Source: a virus (lineage: Duplodnaviria > Caudoviricetes). From it: a DNA stretch of 24,111 bases. The stretch lies in the IMG/VR virus record IMGVR_UViG_3300034684_000205, positions 1 through 24,111 of that record, one strand, 5' to 3'. Shown here piece after piece: positions 7,838 through 17,765 of this stretch. The stretch's first letter is position 1, and the number at the start of each line of letters is the position of its first letter. A model generated the notes under the pieces. The model saw only the letters and a list, made by a program, of their open reading frames with translations. It searched no databases and was not told the DNA's origin. Position numbers and translations under genes: made by a program.

Positions 7838-9643
7838 ATGAAAGCAACTATAGAAGATTTAAAAGATACGTTTAAGATAGGCTATGAGATTTATGAAGAT
7901 TCCAGAAAGGAAGCAATGGAAGTTTGGGACTTATTTCATAATAGACACTATACACAGGAACAGCTTTCAGTATTAGCAAATAGAGGTCAGCCTAAAGAAA
8001 CGTTTAATGTGTTTAAAATGTTTGGTAGAATGCTTATTGGTTACTATTCAACTGTTATAAACACAATTAAGTTTATACCAATACAACAACAAGATGTAGC
8101 AATAACAGAAATACTAAATAATTTAGTTAACTATGTATTGCGCAAGAATAATATGGACAGTGTAGGAGATGATATAAAATTAGGTGGGTTGCTTTCAGGG
8201 TTATTTTCGGCCTACATAGATGTAGTAGATAGTGGCAGAAGAGATGAGTTTGGCAGGCCTATCTATGATATAGAACTAGAATATGTGCCAGATTATGAAT
8301 TAGTTTTAGACCCTATGAGTCGCAAAGAAGACTACTCTGATGCAAGGTTTATTCATAGATTTAGGTGGCTAAATAAAGAACAAGTTATAAAACTATTTGG
8401 TAAGAGAAAGGTAGATGAGTTAGAAGCTAATTATAACTTCTTAAATGTAGAGGAAGCTGAGTTAAGTTATAAATATGACAATGCTTTTGCAGGTTACTAT
8501 AAGCTACATGATAATTACTTAATAGTCCACTCCATAATAGTTGATGATAAAGACGAAGTATGGTCAATTTATTGGAGTGGTGATACTATACTAGAAAAGA
8601 AAAAAGTAACGTTTAAAAAAGTAAGGTTTCCTTATAGAATTTTAAAACTTCATAAGAGTGATAAAGAAGAGTACTATGGCATAATGAGGGAAGTTATTGA
8701 GCCACAAAAAGCTATAAATCAAGCTTTATTAAAAATACAACTACTAGTTAATACTCAAAAAGCTCTTGTTCAGCATGGGGCTGTAGATAATTTAGCCGAG
8801 TTCACTGCAGCTTTTAATAGAGTTAGTGGTGTAATACCTGTAAATGACTTAAATGGTATTAAGATAGAAAATATATCTCCAGATATCCAGCAACAATACC
8901 TAATTATTAATAATGCTTTAGATAGGATACAAAAAATATTAGGTATTAATGATAGCTTTCTTGGTATGGCATATGCTTCTGATAGTGGTAAAAAAGTCCA
9001 GCTACAACAAAATGCAACTATATTAGCTTTAAGATTTGCTTCAGTTAAAATAGAAAAATTTTACAAATTACTTGGGATGGATATAGCTAATTTAATTCAA
9101 CAGTATTTTACAGCTCATCAAATAATAAATCTTAACGATGATGATATAGTTAGTAGATGGCTAGAAATTAATAAACCATTAATGAAGTATACAGGTAGAA
9201 TATTGCCAGATGGAACTCCTGAGCAAATCCCTGTATTTGTCGAGGCATTAAATCCTGACACAGGTGAGCCTTTAATTGATGAGGAAGGTAATTATATAAT
9301 GGTTCCTGTTACAGAGAAAGGCTCAGATATTTACTTTACTGATTTTGATGTAGAAGTGCAATCTGTTGCTTATAATGATACTAATGAACAGAATAGGCAA
9401 ATGCTTGAAACATTATTAGGTGGTCCTGTAGGACAACTATTAATGCAAATAGCACCTGCGCAATATTTTAAAATTGCTTCACTTACAGTTAAAAATATTA
9501 AGCTTAAAAATTCTAGTGAAGTAGCAGAAATTTTAAGCCAAGTTTCAGCTGCGTTAGGCGGAAGTCCACAGTTAGAACAGCAAGCTCAAATGATGGCTCA
9601 AGATGTTAGTCAATTAGCATCACAGCCAAATAGGGAGGGTTAG
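7838..9643 (+). CDS. Portal protein, P22-like
   Basis: 601 aa with 'L..RGQP..TFN', 'LDPMSRKEDYSDARF....W', 'YYGIMREVIEPQKAIN', 'SGKKVQLQQ', 'DFDVEV' and a Gln-rich helical C-terminal barrel. These are hallmarks of P22-type portals. Confidence 0.85.
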   Translation: MKATIEDLKDTFKIGYEIYEDSRKEAMEVWDLFHNRHYTQEQLSVLANRGQPKETFNVFKMFGRMLIGYYSTVINTIKFIPIQQQDVAITEILNNLVNYVLRKNNMDSVGDDIKLGGLLSGLFSAYIDVVDSGRRDEFGRPIYDIELEYVPDYELVLDPMSRKEDYSDARFIHRFRWLNKEQVIKLFGKRKVDELEANYNFLNVEEAELSYKYDNAFAGYYKLHDNYLIVHSIIVDDKDEVWSIYWSGDTILEKKKVTFKKVRFPYRILKLHKSDKEEYYGIMREVIEPQKAINQALLKIQLLVNTQKALVQHGAVDNLAEFTAAFNRVSGVIPVNDLNGIKIENISPDIQQQYLIINNALDRIQKILGINDSFLGMAYASDSGKKVQLQQNATILALRFASVKIEKFYKLLGMDIANLIQQYFTAHQIINLNDDDIVSRWLEINKPLMKYTGRILPDGTPEQIPVFVEALNPDTGEPLIDEEGNYIMVPVTEKGSDIYFTDFDVEVQSVAYNDTNEQNRQMLETLLGGPVGQLLMQIAPAQYFKIASLTVKNIKLKNSSEVAEILSQVSAALGGSPQLEQQAQMMAQDVSQLASQPNREG

Positions 9644-9646
9644 TAA

Positions 9647-12600
9647 ATGGCAGAAGTAAAACTTGTATCAAAACTTATTGAGGCTATAGATAACTTTATA
9701 GCTAAAAACCCAGAAATTAAAACAATTAAAAAAGAATCATTACTTAATGGTTTAAAAAATAGGGGTGTTAAAGTAGATGACCCTATTTATAAACCAATGC
9801 AAAAATTTATAGGAGATTCACAGCGAGTTGATATTAAAGGGCTTAAAAATTACCTTGAAAATAATTTAGATATTGAGAGAATAAATTCACCTCATAAAGA
9901 ATATATGGGCTATGCAAATGTTCCTAAAAAATCTGCTAATTTAGACTTTGATTATAATGAGGATGTTATAGTAGATAGTAGATTTCCTATTTATACTCCA
10001 CATTGGAGTTTATTAAAAACTAATAATGTTGAAAACTTTGGTCCTCATTCTAGATATATTTATAACCTACAAACACCACAAGGTAAAATATATTCATTAC
10101 AAGAAATACAATATGATGCTGCTCAGAGTATAAAAAATGCAGTGCCTATAGAAGACTTACCTGAGCGTTTTGTAGGAAAACCTACTATTAATTACACAGG
10201 TAAAGAAAATAAAAAGTTCCTAGAAATTGCAGATGATTTTTTAACTAAGTCAGATGATGCCAATCAATTCTTAAAAAATACTATAGGTAAAACTTATAAT
10301 GAATTAGCTGATTCTGATAAAACTAAAGTGTTATATTTTTTATCTGTATCTTTTACTAAATATAATCCTTATACACCTACACAGCAAAAATTTGCGTATT
10401 TAAGTTTTGACAATCCATTAGATACTAAATTTACTGTAGATAATCAGAGAGAATTGTTTGGAAAATTTAAAAATTATTTTATTGAAAATTTTGTTGATAA
10501 AAGTGTTAAAGACAAAGATGCTTTTGTGGATGCATTAGGTAGATATACAAGTACCCGCATAAAAGATGCAGATAAATTTATGAAAAATACTAAGGGTAAA
10601 GTACCTCTAATAGATAACTGGTGGAAATATGAATTAAATTATAACTTATCTAATGCAGCTAAAACTGGGCATAATATATTTGAGGTTATTTTAGACTCAA
10701 AAGATGTGCAACCTAGGGCATACCCAAGTATAAATACAGGTAAAGTTGAAAAAGTAGATAAATGGTACCAAGATGCAGTATATAAATATCTAAAAGGTAT
10801 AGCTAAACAAATGGGAACAGATGTAAAGATTGAAACTAATACTTTACTAAATGGAGACCCATTGGTAGCTAGGCTGTATTTTCCTAAAGATGTAGATATA
10901 AAACTATACAAACCATTAGTTGCTATGGCGACTGGTACTGGACTTACAGCAGCATTAGCAGATAATGCAGAAGCTGCTGATGCTATACCATTACAAGAAG
11001 CTGTCAATAAAGTTCCTGAATTATTAGAGCAAGGTTATACTAAGGAAGAGATAGATAAGTTTTTTAAGGAAGCTTATGGTGTAGATTTAAACGAGGCTAA
11101 AACTAAGTTTAAAAAACTTGATTTTAATGTGAATGAGCTTAAGTTTCAAACGCCAGAACAACTAGAACAAAACTTTATAGACAATAAGTTTGATACAGTA
11201 ACAACTTCTAATTATGAAGATATTTTAGCTCAGCAATTATATAAAGCTAAAGAAACATATTCTAAGCTAAAAAGAAAGAAATTTTCCATACTAGAGGAGT
11301 CTTTCTTTGCACCTTTAATTTATGATAAGATTGAATTAGCTAAGGCTAAATTTAAAGCTAATACTGAAATAGGTAAAATATTACAAGAACAAGGTTACGA
11401 GGTATTTGTTGATTCAGAAAGTGGTGATTTATATATAAATCCAACTGGACAGTCTGTAGAAGATTTAAAGAAAACTATGGGTGATGACTGGACACAAGCT
11501 ATGCAACCACTTGATGAATCTATACTAGATAGTATAATTAATTCATTGGGTGAAACTAGTGGAGCTATAACTGGTGCTGCAATAGGGGCTAGGGTTGGAG
11601 CCCCATTTGGATTTGGAATGCTAGCCGGTTCTGCAATTGGTGCCGGAGTGGGTTATTTAGTAGACTATTTAAAAGCTTCAATGGATACAAAAACTAAAAT
11701 AGACTATATTGAAGCATTAGATAATGCTAAAGACTCAGGTGCTTTAGATGTAGCATTTACTGTATTAGGTAGTGCAGCATACAAACTAACAGCTAAAACA
11801 ATTAAAACAGTGTCAGACTTAGTTAAGACTATTAAATATAATACAGGTAATGAAGCTAATAAAGCTTTAAAAGCCTTAAAAGATATTCTTAACCTAACTG
11901 ATGACCAATTAGAAGAAGTTGCTTTAACTATAGCACAGCAAACTAAGAATGACCCTGTAGCTAAATTTGTGCAAAATGGAAAGCTAGACCCTGATAAGGC
12001 TATAGAAAGTGTAATAACTACAATGCCAGGCGGTGAGGCTATAGTAAGACCCGCAGCTAGAAAAAACTTATTTACTATTGAATTAGCTTCTAATATAGAC
12101 AAAAGAGCTAAGGATTTAAAATTATTAGTTAATAACAGTTTACCAGAACAAATAGGAGATGTAGTAATAAAAGACCTTACTAATTATAGAACCTTAGTTA
12201 AAGAACTATATAGCTCTGTGAAGCAACAAGGTATTAAATCTGTGCCACCTGAACTTTATCAATTTGATATGAAAAAACTTGCTTTGCCACAAGTTTTGGA
12301 TAGCATAGAAAAGAATATTAAAGACCCAACTAAACTTGAACAATTTCTCAACTATATTAAAGTTATAAATAATAGAACTACAGACAGAAGTTTTGAAGCT
12401 TTGTTAGATTTAAGACAAGCAGTTAATGACTTTAAATATAGTAAAATTCTTGAAGATAAAAGAGACTTTGATGCAATTAATAGTGTCCTTAAAAATATTG
12501 ATGGTGAAATATCGACAGTAGTTAAAAATATTTTACCTGAAAATGAAGCTAGAGCTTGGTTAAATAATTGGAAAATGGCCAAGCAAAAATACGCCGAAAT

Positions 12601-13519
12601 GAAAATGCTAGAGAATAATGTTTTATTTAAAGCTTTAAATAAACCAGGGATTAGCGAACAAACAGTTAGAAGACTTGTATCTAAATATGCTAGTAGTTTA
12701 GATAATACTTTTAACGATGTAATGGTAAGACTTCCAGCTAATACTAGAACTATAGTTGAAAAATCTATTATAGACTATTATCTAGAAAAAAATATGAAAA
12801 AAATTGAAGGATTTAGTGCAATTGACTTTGAAAAATTAGCAGAAAATATTAATGCAGTTAAAATAGGCACTCCCGAAGGTAAAGAGCTAAAAGCAGTTAT
12901 TAATGAGATGGCTAAAATATATAAAAATGATGTGGCACTTTCAAGAGCTTCAAGAGGTTTATTCAATATGCAAAATAGTACTTATATTACTGATGACTTA
13001 GTTGCTAGAAGTAAATTTGAACTTGTCAATAGAGTATTTGATTATATTAAAAGAAAGATGCCTACTAAGAAAGGTAGTGCTTTATCTCTTATTCATAAAG
13101 TTAGTAAAATATTAGAAAATCCTATGGATGCAAAACTTCCTTCTGAAATTAAAAAGTTAGTTGTATCTGATGATTGGGCTATATTAGAAGATAGCATTTT
13201 AAAGCTAAGACAAAATGTTGCAAATACACCTAGTAAAAATGCTATTAATAAAATGCAAGCATATGCAGAAATAGATGAAAAAACAGGTAAAATACTTAGG
13301 TTTACTACTGAAAAACCTGCAGGTAAAGCGAAGCAAATTTTTGTAAATCCTGATAGAATTGCTTCTGAAGCACAACTAAAAGTAATATTTGAAAATACTA
13401 AGCTAAGTCCTAAAGATTTGAATAGCCCTATTATCAAGGCAGAGTTAAGACGTAAAGGCTATATAGGTTATAAATTAAGAGATAAGTTAGAGTTATTTAA
13501 AGAGGATATAGTGGAGTAG
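9647..13519 (+). CDS. Large (1290 aa) multidomain virion/ejection protein with glycine-zipper membrane segment
   Basis: Last gene of the structural arm. It has an N-terminal globular domain with H/R/EIQ motifs, an Ala/Gly linker, a GxxxG-repeat hydrophobic hairpin around 11550-11660 and a long helical remainder. Confidence 0.55.
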   Translation: MAEVKLVSKLIEAIDNFIAKNPEIKTIKKESLLNGLKNRGVKVDDPIYKPMQKFIGDSQRVDIKGLKNYLENNLDIERINSPHKEYMGYANVPKKSANLDFDYNEDVIVDSRFPIYTPHWSLLKTNNVENFGPHSRYIYNLQTPQGKIYSLQEIQYDAAQSIKNAVPIEDLPERFVGKPTINYTGKENKKFLEIADDFLTKSDDANQFLKNTIGKTYNELADSDKTKVLYFLSVSFTKYNPYTPTQQKFAYLSFDNPLDTKFTVDNQRELFGKFKNYFIENFVDKSVKDKDAFVDALGRYTSTRIKDADKFMKNTKGKVPLIDNWWKYELNYNLSNAAKTGHNIFEVILDSKDVQPRAYPSINTGKVEKVDKWYQDAVYKYLKGIAKQMGTDVKIETNTLLNGDPLVARLYFPKDVDIKLYKPLVAMATGTGLTAALADNAEAADAIPLQEAVNKVPELLEQGYTKEEIDKFFKEAYGVDLNEAKTKFKKLDFNVNELKFQTPEQLEQNFIDNKFDTVTTSNYEDILAQQLYKAKETYSKLKRKKFSILEESFFAPLIYDKIELAKAKFKANTEIGKILQEQGYEVFVDSESGDLYINPTGQSVEDLKKTMGDDWTQAMQPLDESILDSIINSLGETSGAITGAAIGARVGAPFGFGMLAGSAIGAGVGYLVDYLKASMDTKTKIDYIEALDNAKDSGALDVAFTVLGSAAYKLTAKTIKTVSDLVKTIKYNTGNEANKALKALKDILNLTDDQLEEVALTIAQQTKNDPVAKFVQNGKLDPDKAIESVITTMPGGEAIVRPAARKNLFTIELASNIDKRAKDLKLLVNNSLPEQIGDVVIKDLTNYRTLVKELYSSVKQQGIKSVPPELYQFDMKKLALPQVLDSIEKNIKDPTKLEQFLNYIKVINNRTTDRSFEALLDLRQAVNDFKYSKILEDKRDFDAINSVLKNIDGEISTVVKNILPENEARAWLNNWKMAKQKYAEMKMLENNVLFKALNKPGISEQTVRRLVSKYASSLDNTFNDVMVRLPANTRTIVEKSIIDYYLEKNMKKIEGFSAIDFEKLAENINAVKIGTPEGKELKAVINEMAKIYKNDVALSRASRGLFNMQNSTYITDDLVARSKFELVNRVFDYIKRKMPTKKGSALSLIHKVSKILENPMDAKLPSEIKKLVVSDDWAILEDSILKLRQNVANTPSKNAINKMQAYAEIDEKTGKILRFTTEKPAGKAKQIFVNPDRIASEAQLKVIFENTKLSPKDLNSPIIKAELRRKGYIGYKLRDKLELFKEDIVE

Positions 13520-13540
13520 CAGAGGGCAATTAGCCCTCTG
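13520..13540. terminator. Hairpin at the convergence of the two arms, probable bidirectional terminator
   Basis: CAGAGGGC-AATTA-GCCCTCTG is a perfect 8-bp stem directly after the + strand TAG and overlapping the - strand stop codon. U-tracts are weak. Confidence 0.65.
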
Positions 13541-13826
13541 TTAAATCCTTAATAAAGTCTAATACTTTTTCTAAACCTTCCTCACCATTAGCTACAAAAG
13601 CTATACCATTACTTTCTTTTATCTTATCTAGGTTTATTTTTTGTAACTCTGAAAGCTTACAGTAGTTCTGAGCTTTAACCTCAATAGCAAAAAATTTACC
13701 TTCGGGAGTGCAACCTATTATATCAGGAATTCCTTTCTTATTAGCTGAAATAACTTTAAAATGATATATCCCTGCAGTTTTAAGATAGTTTATTATCTTA
13801 TTTTGATAATACTTTTCTTGTCGCAT
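13530..13826 (-). CDS. VRR-NUC domain nuclease (putative Holliday junction resolvase)
   Basis: E..YQ..I, GIPD, FFAIEVK and LSELQ motifs. The start at 13826 is chosen because GGAGG lies at 13831-13835. Confidence 0.88.
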   Translation of the reverse strand: MRQEKYYQNKIINYLKTAGIYHFKVISANKKGIPDIIGCTPEGKFFAIEVKAQNYCKLSELQKINLDKIKESNGIAFVANGEEGLEKVLDFIKDLTEG

Positions 13827-13923
13827 AATGCCTCCAGTTAATGAATATTTCAATCCGTATCGCAATGTTTAATAAGGCCTAAGGTATTTATATACATATT
13901 TAAAATTAGCCTTTTGCCAATAC

Positions 13924-15132
13924 CTATTTATCAAACCTAACTTCTATAAATCTTGGAGCAAATAAACTATATTCTCCTGTCTCATTCATAATTATATGTG
14001 TATACCTAACCGTTATAGTTTTATTTAAATAATAGTCAAATGGCAATTGCCTATCTATATCGGTTAAACCAGAGCCTACTTTAACTTTAACAAAAGTATC
14101 ATCAACAAAACCTTCACAAGCTAATGCGCCAACCATACCTTTATATTTTCCTTCACCTTCAATAACATCAACACAAGTTAAGTCTGCATCTAATACAGGT
14201 TTTAGTTTTAGCCAAGCATTGCTTCTTTTAAAGCTATAAAGACTATCCCATTTCTTTAACATTAAACCTTCTTGGCCTTGATTAATAGTATTTGTAAATA
14301 AGTTATTTAATTCTTTCATATCACTAACTTCCCAAGTTTCTGCTAATTTAAACTTACTTGAGTTTAAAAATAATAAGAATTCTGTAGCTTTTTTATACCT
14401 TTCAGCATAAATTTTTGAGCAAAAAGTAGACTCAAATTCTTCTAAATCTAAGTAATCAAAAACATTAATAATAAGGTCTGAATCATCAATAATAGCGCCT
14501 TGTATAGCACTATTAATTTTACCTGCTAAAGCAGGTCTATCAATTTGTAACCCATCTTTAAAAGTTATTTCTCCATCTAAAACACCATTCATATACATAT
14601 TATAATTTTTAGAACAAAAAGTAGGTAAATATATAGCTTTACCATTTCTTGAAAATAGTGTTAGCTTACCATTTCTAAATACACAAATTACTCTAACGCC
14701 ATCAAATTTAATTTGAGCAATATAAGGAAATTTAGGTTTAACTTTATGAAAGTCCTTAGCTAATTGCACTTTAAATACAGGAATAAAATTAGAATATACA
14801 GAATTAAATAATGTTGCGGATACCCCGCATTCTAAATGCTTATTACAAATAAGTTTTATTAAATCACCATTTTTAAAAGCAAAGTCTTCAGCAGCTTTTC
14901 TAGCTTCGTTACCAGTAATTTTTCTATCTTTTAACTGATTTAATAAGCTAAACATTTCTTTAGTAGGTTCACCTAAATTATACCAGTCAATCACTGAAAA
15001 ATTAAGATAGTATGTATAATAAGGGTTGTAAGCATAGTAAAATACTTGCTTATCAATATTTGATAAATCACGTAAAATTAATTCTTTGCTTAACTTACTT
15101 GCTGTTGCTTTTAAATCTAATAATGCCTTCAT
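13924..15132 (-). CDS. ATP-dependent DNA ligase
   Basis: Motif I KFDG, SRNGK, LDGEI, VFD, EGLMLK, KRS..WLKLK and OB-fold GSG...PRF. Confidence 0.95.
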   Translation of the reverse strand: MKALLDLKATASKLSKELILRDLSNIDKQVFYYAYNPYYTYYLNFSVIDWYNLGEPTKEMFSLLNQLKDRKITGNEARKAAEDFAFKNGDLIKLICNKHLECGVSATLFNSVYSNFIPVFKVQLAKDFHKVKPKFPYIAQIKFDGVRVICVFRNGKLTLFSRNGKAIYLPTFCSKNYNMYMNGVLDGEITFKDGLQIDRPALAGKINSAIQGAIIDDSDLIINVFDYLDLEEFESTFCSKIYAERYKKATEFLLFLNSSKFKLAETWEVSDMKELNNLFTNTINQGQEGLMLKKWDSLYSFKRSNAWLKLKPVLDADLTCVDVIEGEGKYKGMVGALACEGFVDDTFVKVKVGSGLTDIDRQLPFDYYLNKTITVRYTHIIMNETGEYSLFAPRFIEVRFDK

Positions 15133-15133
15133 A

Positions 15134-16333
15134 TTAGCCTCCTAATGTATATCGTTCAAACATAGAATCCACAAAGTTTTTCTTATTAATACTAACAGTG
15201 TTATAAACTTGTTCACTTATAGCTTTTTTAACTAATAAATAATGCACTACTATATCTTCTTTTCTATGCATACTAGCTTGTCTTGCCCTACGTTGTGTCC
15301 ATCGTGCAGTAGAAAAATCTTGGGAATAAATAATTAAATGCTTTTTATGAGCGAGGTCTATACCTTCTGCATAACTAGTCGACTGAAGTATTAAAGCATG
15401 TTTAAAATAATTTCTTAACTTCATTCCTTCTGCGATATAATTATACATTATAACTATATCATCAGAGTCTCCCCAAGTGTTTAAAATATAGTCAATCTTT
15501 TCATTATTAGGTAAAATTAAATAATCGTTATCAATTTTAGCTACACCTCCTTCAAGCATATGTAAAGAAGTTCTTAATTTCATAGAGGTATCACAAATTA
15601 ATAATTTGTCATCAATTTCTAACATATTCTTTCTAACTAATTGATTATATTTTTTAGTTGTCTCTTCATTTAATTCTATATAATGAACACAATCTGTAGG
15701 TTCAAAAGGAAAACCCAGTTGTTGCCTAGTATAAATAATAAAAAAGTTCTCAACATCTTGCAGAACTTTATTCTCAATTGTATTATTATATTTAACTATT
15801 TTTCTACCAGCTATCCACTGCTCTTCAGGAACACCATAGTTTTTAAACCAATGATAAAAATTCTTATAACTTTTCCAAGGTGAATATTTAGTTAAAGCAA
15901 ATTGATGAAATAGCTGGGCATAACTCTGTGCGTGAGGAGTAGCACTTAAATATATTATTGGCTTGTTATAAGTAAAAGGCTTTAATTGTTTAAATGTTTT
16001 TGAAGGCTTAGGATAACCTGAAACATAATTATGAGCTTCGTCCAAAATAACTAATTCAAATTCATTGTTATTTAATTTGTGAAGGCTATGATAATTTATC
16101 AAAGTATAATTTTTAGCCGTTTTAAAATTTTCAAAATGCCATTGCCAACCATCCAAAGCTTTTTTCTTAGTTACAACTAGTATATTATTAGCTTTAGACT
16201 GCTCAGCTATAAGAATAGCAGACAGGGTTTTACCTGTCCGCTCTTGCATAGCTAAATAACAAATACCATAAGTTCTTAGCAATTGCAGTCCTTTTTCAGC
16301 AATTTTAAACTGAAAGTCTTTTGGTTCCAGCAT
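15134..16333 (-). CDS. SNF2-like superfamily 2 helicase (compact)
   Basis: RTGKT Walker A, ILDEAH, LSATP, EGIDL and QRRAR motifs. The start at 16333 has a TAATG overlap with the upstream gene and a GGAG RBS. Confidence 0.85.
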   Translation of the reverse strand: MLEPKDFQFKIAEKGLQLLRTYGICYLAMQERTGKTLSAILIAEQSKANNILVVTKKKALDGWQWHFENFKTAKNYTLINYHSLHKLNNNEFELVILDEAHNYVSGYPKPSKTFKQLKPFTYNKPIIYLSATPHAQSYAQLFHQFALTKYSPWKSYKNFYHWFKNYGVPEEQWIAGRKIVKYNNTIENKVLQDVENFFIIYTRQQLGFPFEPTDCVHYIELNEETTKKYNQLVRKNMLEIDDKLLICDTSMKLRTSLHMLEGGVAKIDNDYLILPNNEKIDYILNTWGDSDDIVIMYNYIAEGMKLRNYFKHALILQSTSYAEGIDLAHKKHLIIYSQDFSTARWTQRRARQASMHRKEDIVVHYLLVKKAISEQVYNTVSINKKNFVDSMFERYTLGG

Positions 16334-17133
16334 TATATTTCTCCCTTTACAAAAGGACAAGTATCATATAAAGAGCAATAGTTAGGACTACATAAGTACC
16401 ATTTAGGATTACCTCTAAATAATACTTCAGCTGGTACTGTATCTTTAAAAAATATACTTAAAGTTTTAAGCATAGATTCTAATAAATATTTAGCTTGAGT
16501 TGTGTCAACTTCAATATCCATTATTTGGCCACCTGCTGTAGTCTTAGATAAAACTATATTCTGAATATAAGAATAACTAATCTTTTTATTATTAACTTCA
16601 GCTAAATATTTATACACACTTTGCTGAGTTTTATAATGCGCAGTTGTAGCTTTTCTTTGAGTAGTTTTAATATCGCCTATCTCTTTATCAGTTATATAAT
16701 CTATAGTTCCTCCAATTTCCGCAACAACAGGATGAGTAATTTGTATAGCATACCTTTTCTCAACTGCTTCTGGAATATCTAAAAACGGCATAAGGTCTTC
16801 TATAAATATTTTAGCTCCTTTAACAATAAAATACTCAGCATTATCTTCTTTAATTGTCTCATCAAATTGCAAGCCTTTCTGTTTCTCTTCTTTAAAAGCT
16901 TCCATAGCTGCATCAAGAGCTACGCTTTCAGTTGTGACTTTTCTTTTTTCTTTCATACTTTCAGTCCATAAAACTTCCGCTGCTTTATGGATAGCAGTTC
17001 CTACCGCAGCCCTAGCTGACGGAATAGTTATTACCCCTTCTAAAAATACCTTAGCCCATTGATAAGGGCAGTTCAAAAATGTGTCTATAGCAGAAGGTCT
17101 AATAGTTATTTTACGCCCATCCCAATTAATCAT
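16333..17133 (-). CDS. Cas4/RecB-like PD-(D/E)XK exonuclease with predicted Fe-S cluster
   Basis: PS......CP, GTAIH, E, GTID, DIKT and Q..VY motifs, plus a C-terminal C-x4-C-x5-C cluster. Confidence 0.85.
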   Translation of the reverse strand: MINWDGRKITIRPSAIDTFLNCPYQWAKVFLEGVITIPSARAAVGTAIHKAAEVLWTESMKEKRKVTTESVALDAAMEAFKEEKQKGLQFDETIKEDNAEYFIVKGAKIFIEDLMPFLDIPEAVEKRYAIQITHPVVAEIGGTIDYITDKEIGDIKTTQRKATTAHYKTQQSVYKYLAEVNNKKISYSYIQNIVLSKTTAGGQIMDIEVDTTQAKYLLESMLKTLSIFFKDTVPAEVLFRGNPKWYLCSPNYCSLYDTCPFVKGEI

Positions 17134-17765
17134 CTTTTTCTCCTTTTAGCAAATAATTCAACCAAAAATATAGCATTAGTTGCAGCATGTGACAGGTGAT
17201 GTATACCACTTTCTTTGTCAAATTCCTCTCCTAATCTCCAGGCTTCTATATGACGATATAAAGCTGCAATGTATCTGTATGGGTCATCTACTAATTTCCA
17301 ATTATTTGGCTTATATTTCTTAGCTCCATAAGTAAGAACTCTAGCTAATTCTTTTAATGCAAATGGAGGTAGTAAATCATACCTAAGCTTATCTGCATCA
17401 AACTTCATAAATGCACCAACTATATGTAGCTTGCAACCAAATTTTTTAATTTCAGCTAAGCAATTTTCACAAGGTGGATGGGTTACAAACATAGTTAATC
17501 GACTAGTATCTATAACATTTTCATGCTCAGCTTGGCTAAAATTTTTAATACAAGCCACTTCAGCATGCACTACATTAGGCAGAGTAATACCATCTATCTC
17601 ACAAGGCTCATCCTCATTTGGGTTATGATTATAGCCTGAAGCCACTATAATATCATTTTCTACGTCAGCTAATATAGCCCCAACTTTTCTCTTTTTAGAA
17701 GGACTTTGTGCAGCAACTTTTAAAGCTTCTGCTTCAAATTTGTCTATATTTCTAATCTTACTCAT
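17130..17765 (-). CDS. Fusion of dCMP deaminase (N-terminal) and DUF5664 / dATP-dGTP diphosphohydrolase-like domain (C-terminal)
   Basis: Deaminase motifs are KVGA, GYN, HAE and PCENC. The second domain reads KFDADKLRYDLLP...LTYGAKKY..NNW...ALYRH...D.ESGIHHLSHAATN. Confidence 0.9.
   Translation of the reverse strand: MSKIRNIDKFEAEALKVAAQSPSKKRKVGAILADVENDIIVASGYNHNPNEDEPCEIDGITLPNVVHAEVACIKNFSQAEHENVIDTSRLTMFVTHPPCENCLAEIKKFGCKLHIVGAFMKFDADKLRYDLLPPFALKELARVLTYGAKKYKPNNWKLVDDPYRYIAALYRHIEAWRLGEEFDKESGIHHLSHAATNAIFLVELFAKRRKR

Noticed and set aside
381-13437. Minus-strand ORFs inside the structural arm (e.g. 381-614, 1554-1883, 10639-11007, 11704-12102, 13093-13437)
   Set aside because: They lie antisense to well-supported genes, have no RBS or motifs, and show the Ser/Leu/Phe-rich composition typical of shadow ORFs.
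13827-13923. 97-bp gap between ligase and VRR-NUC containing a 15-codon minus-strand ORF (MYINTLGLIKHCDTD) or a promoter
   Set aside because: The RBS is weak, no correctly spaced -35/-10 pair was found, and the ORF is too short to support.
16333-17133. Cas4-like gene as a sign of a CRISPR-Cas system
   Set aside because: No repeat-spacer array or other cas genes are present. Solo Cas4-like nucleases are common in phage replication modules.
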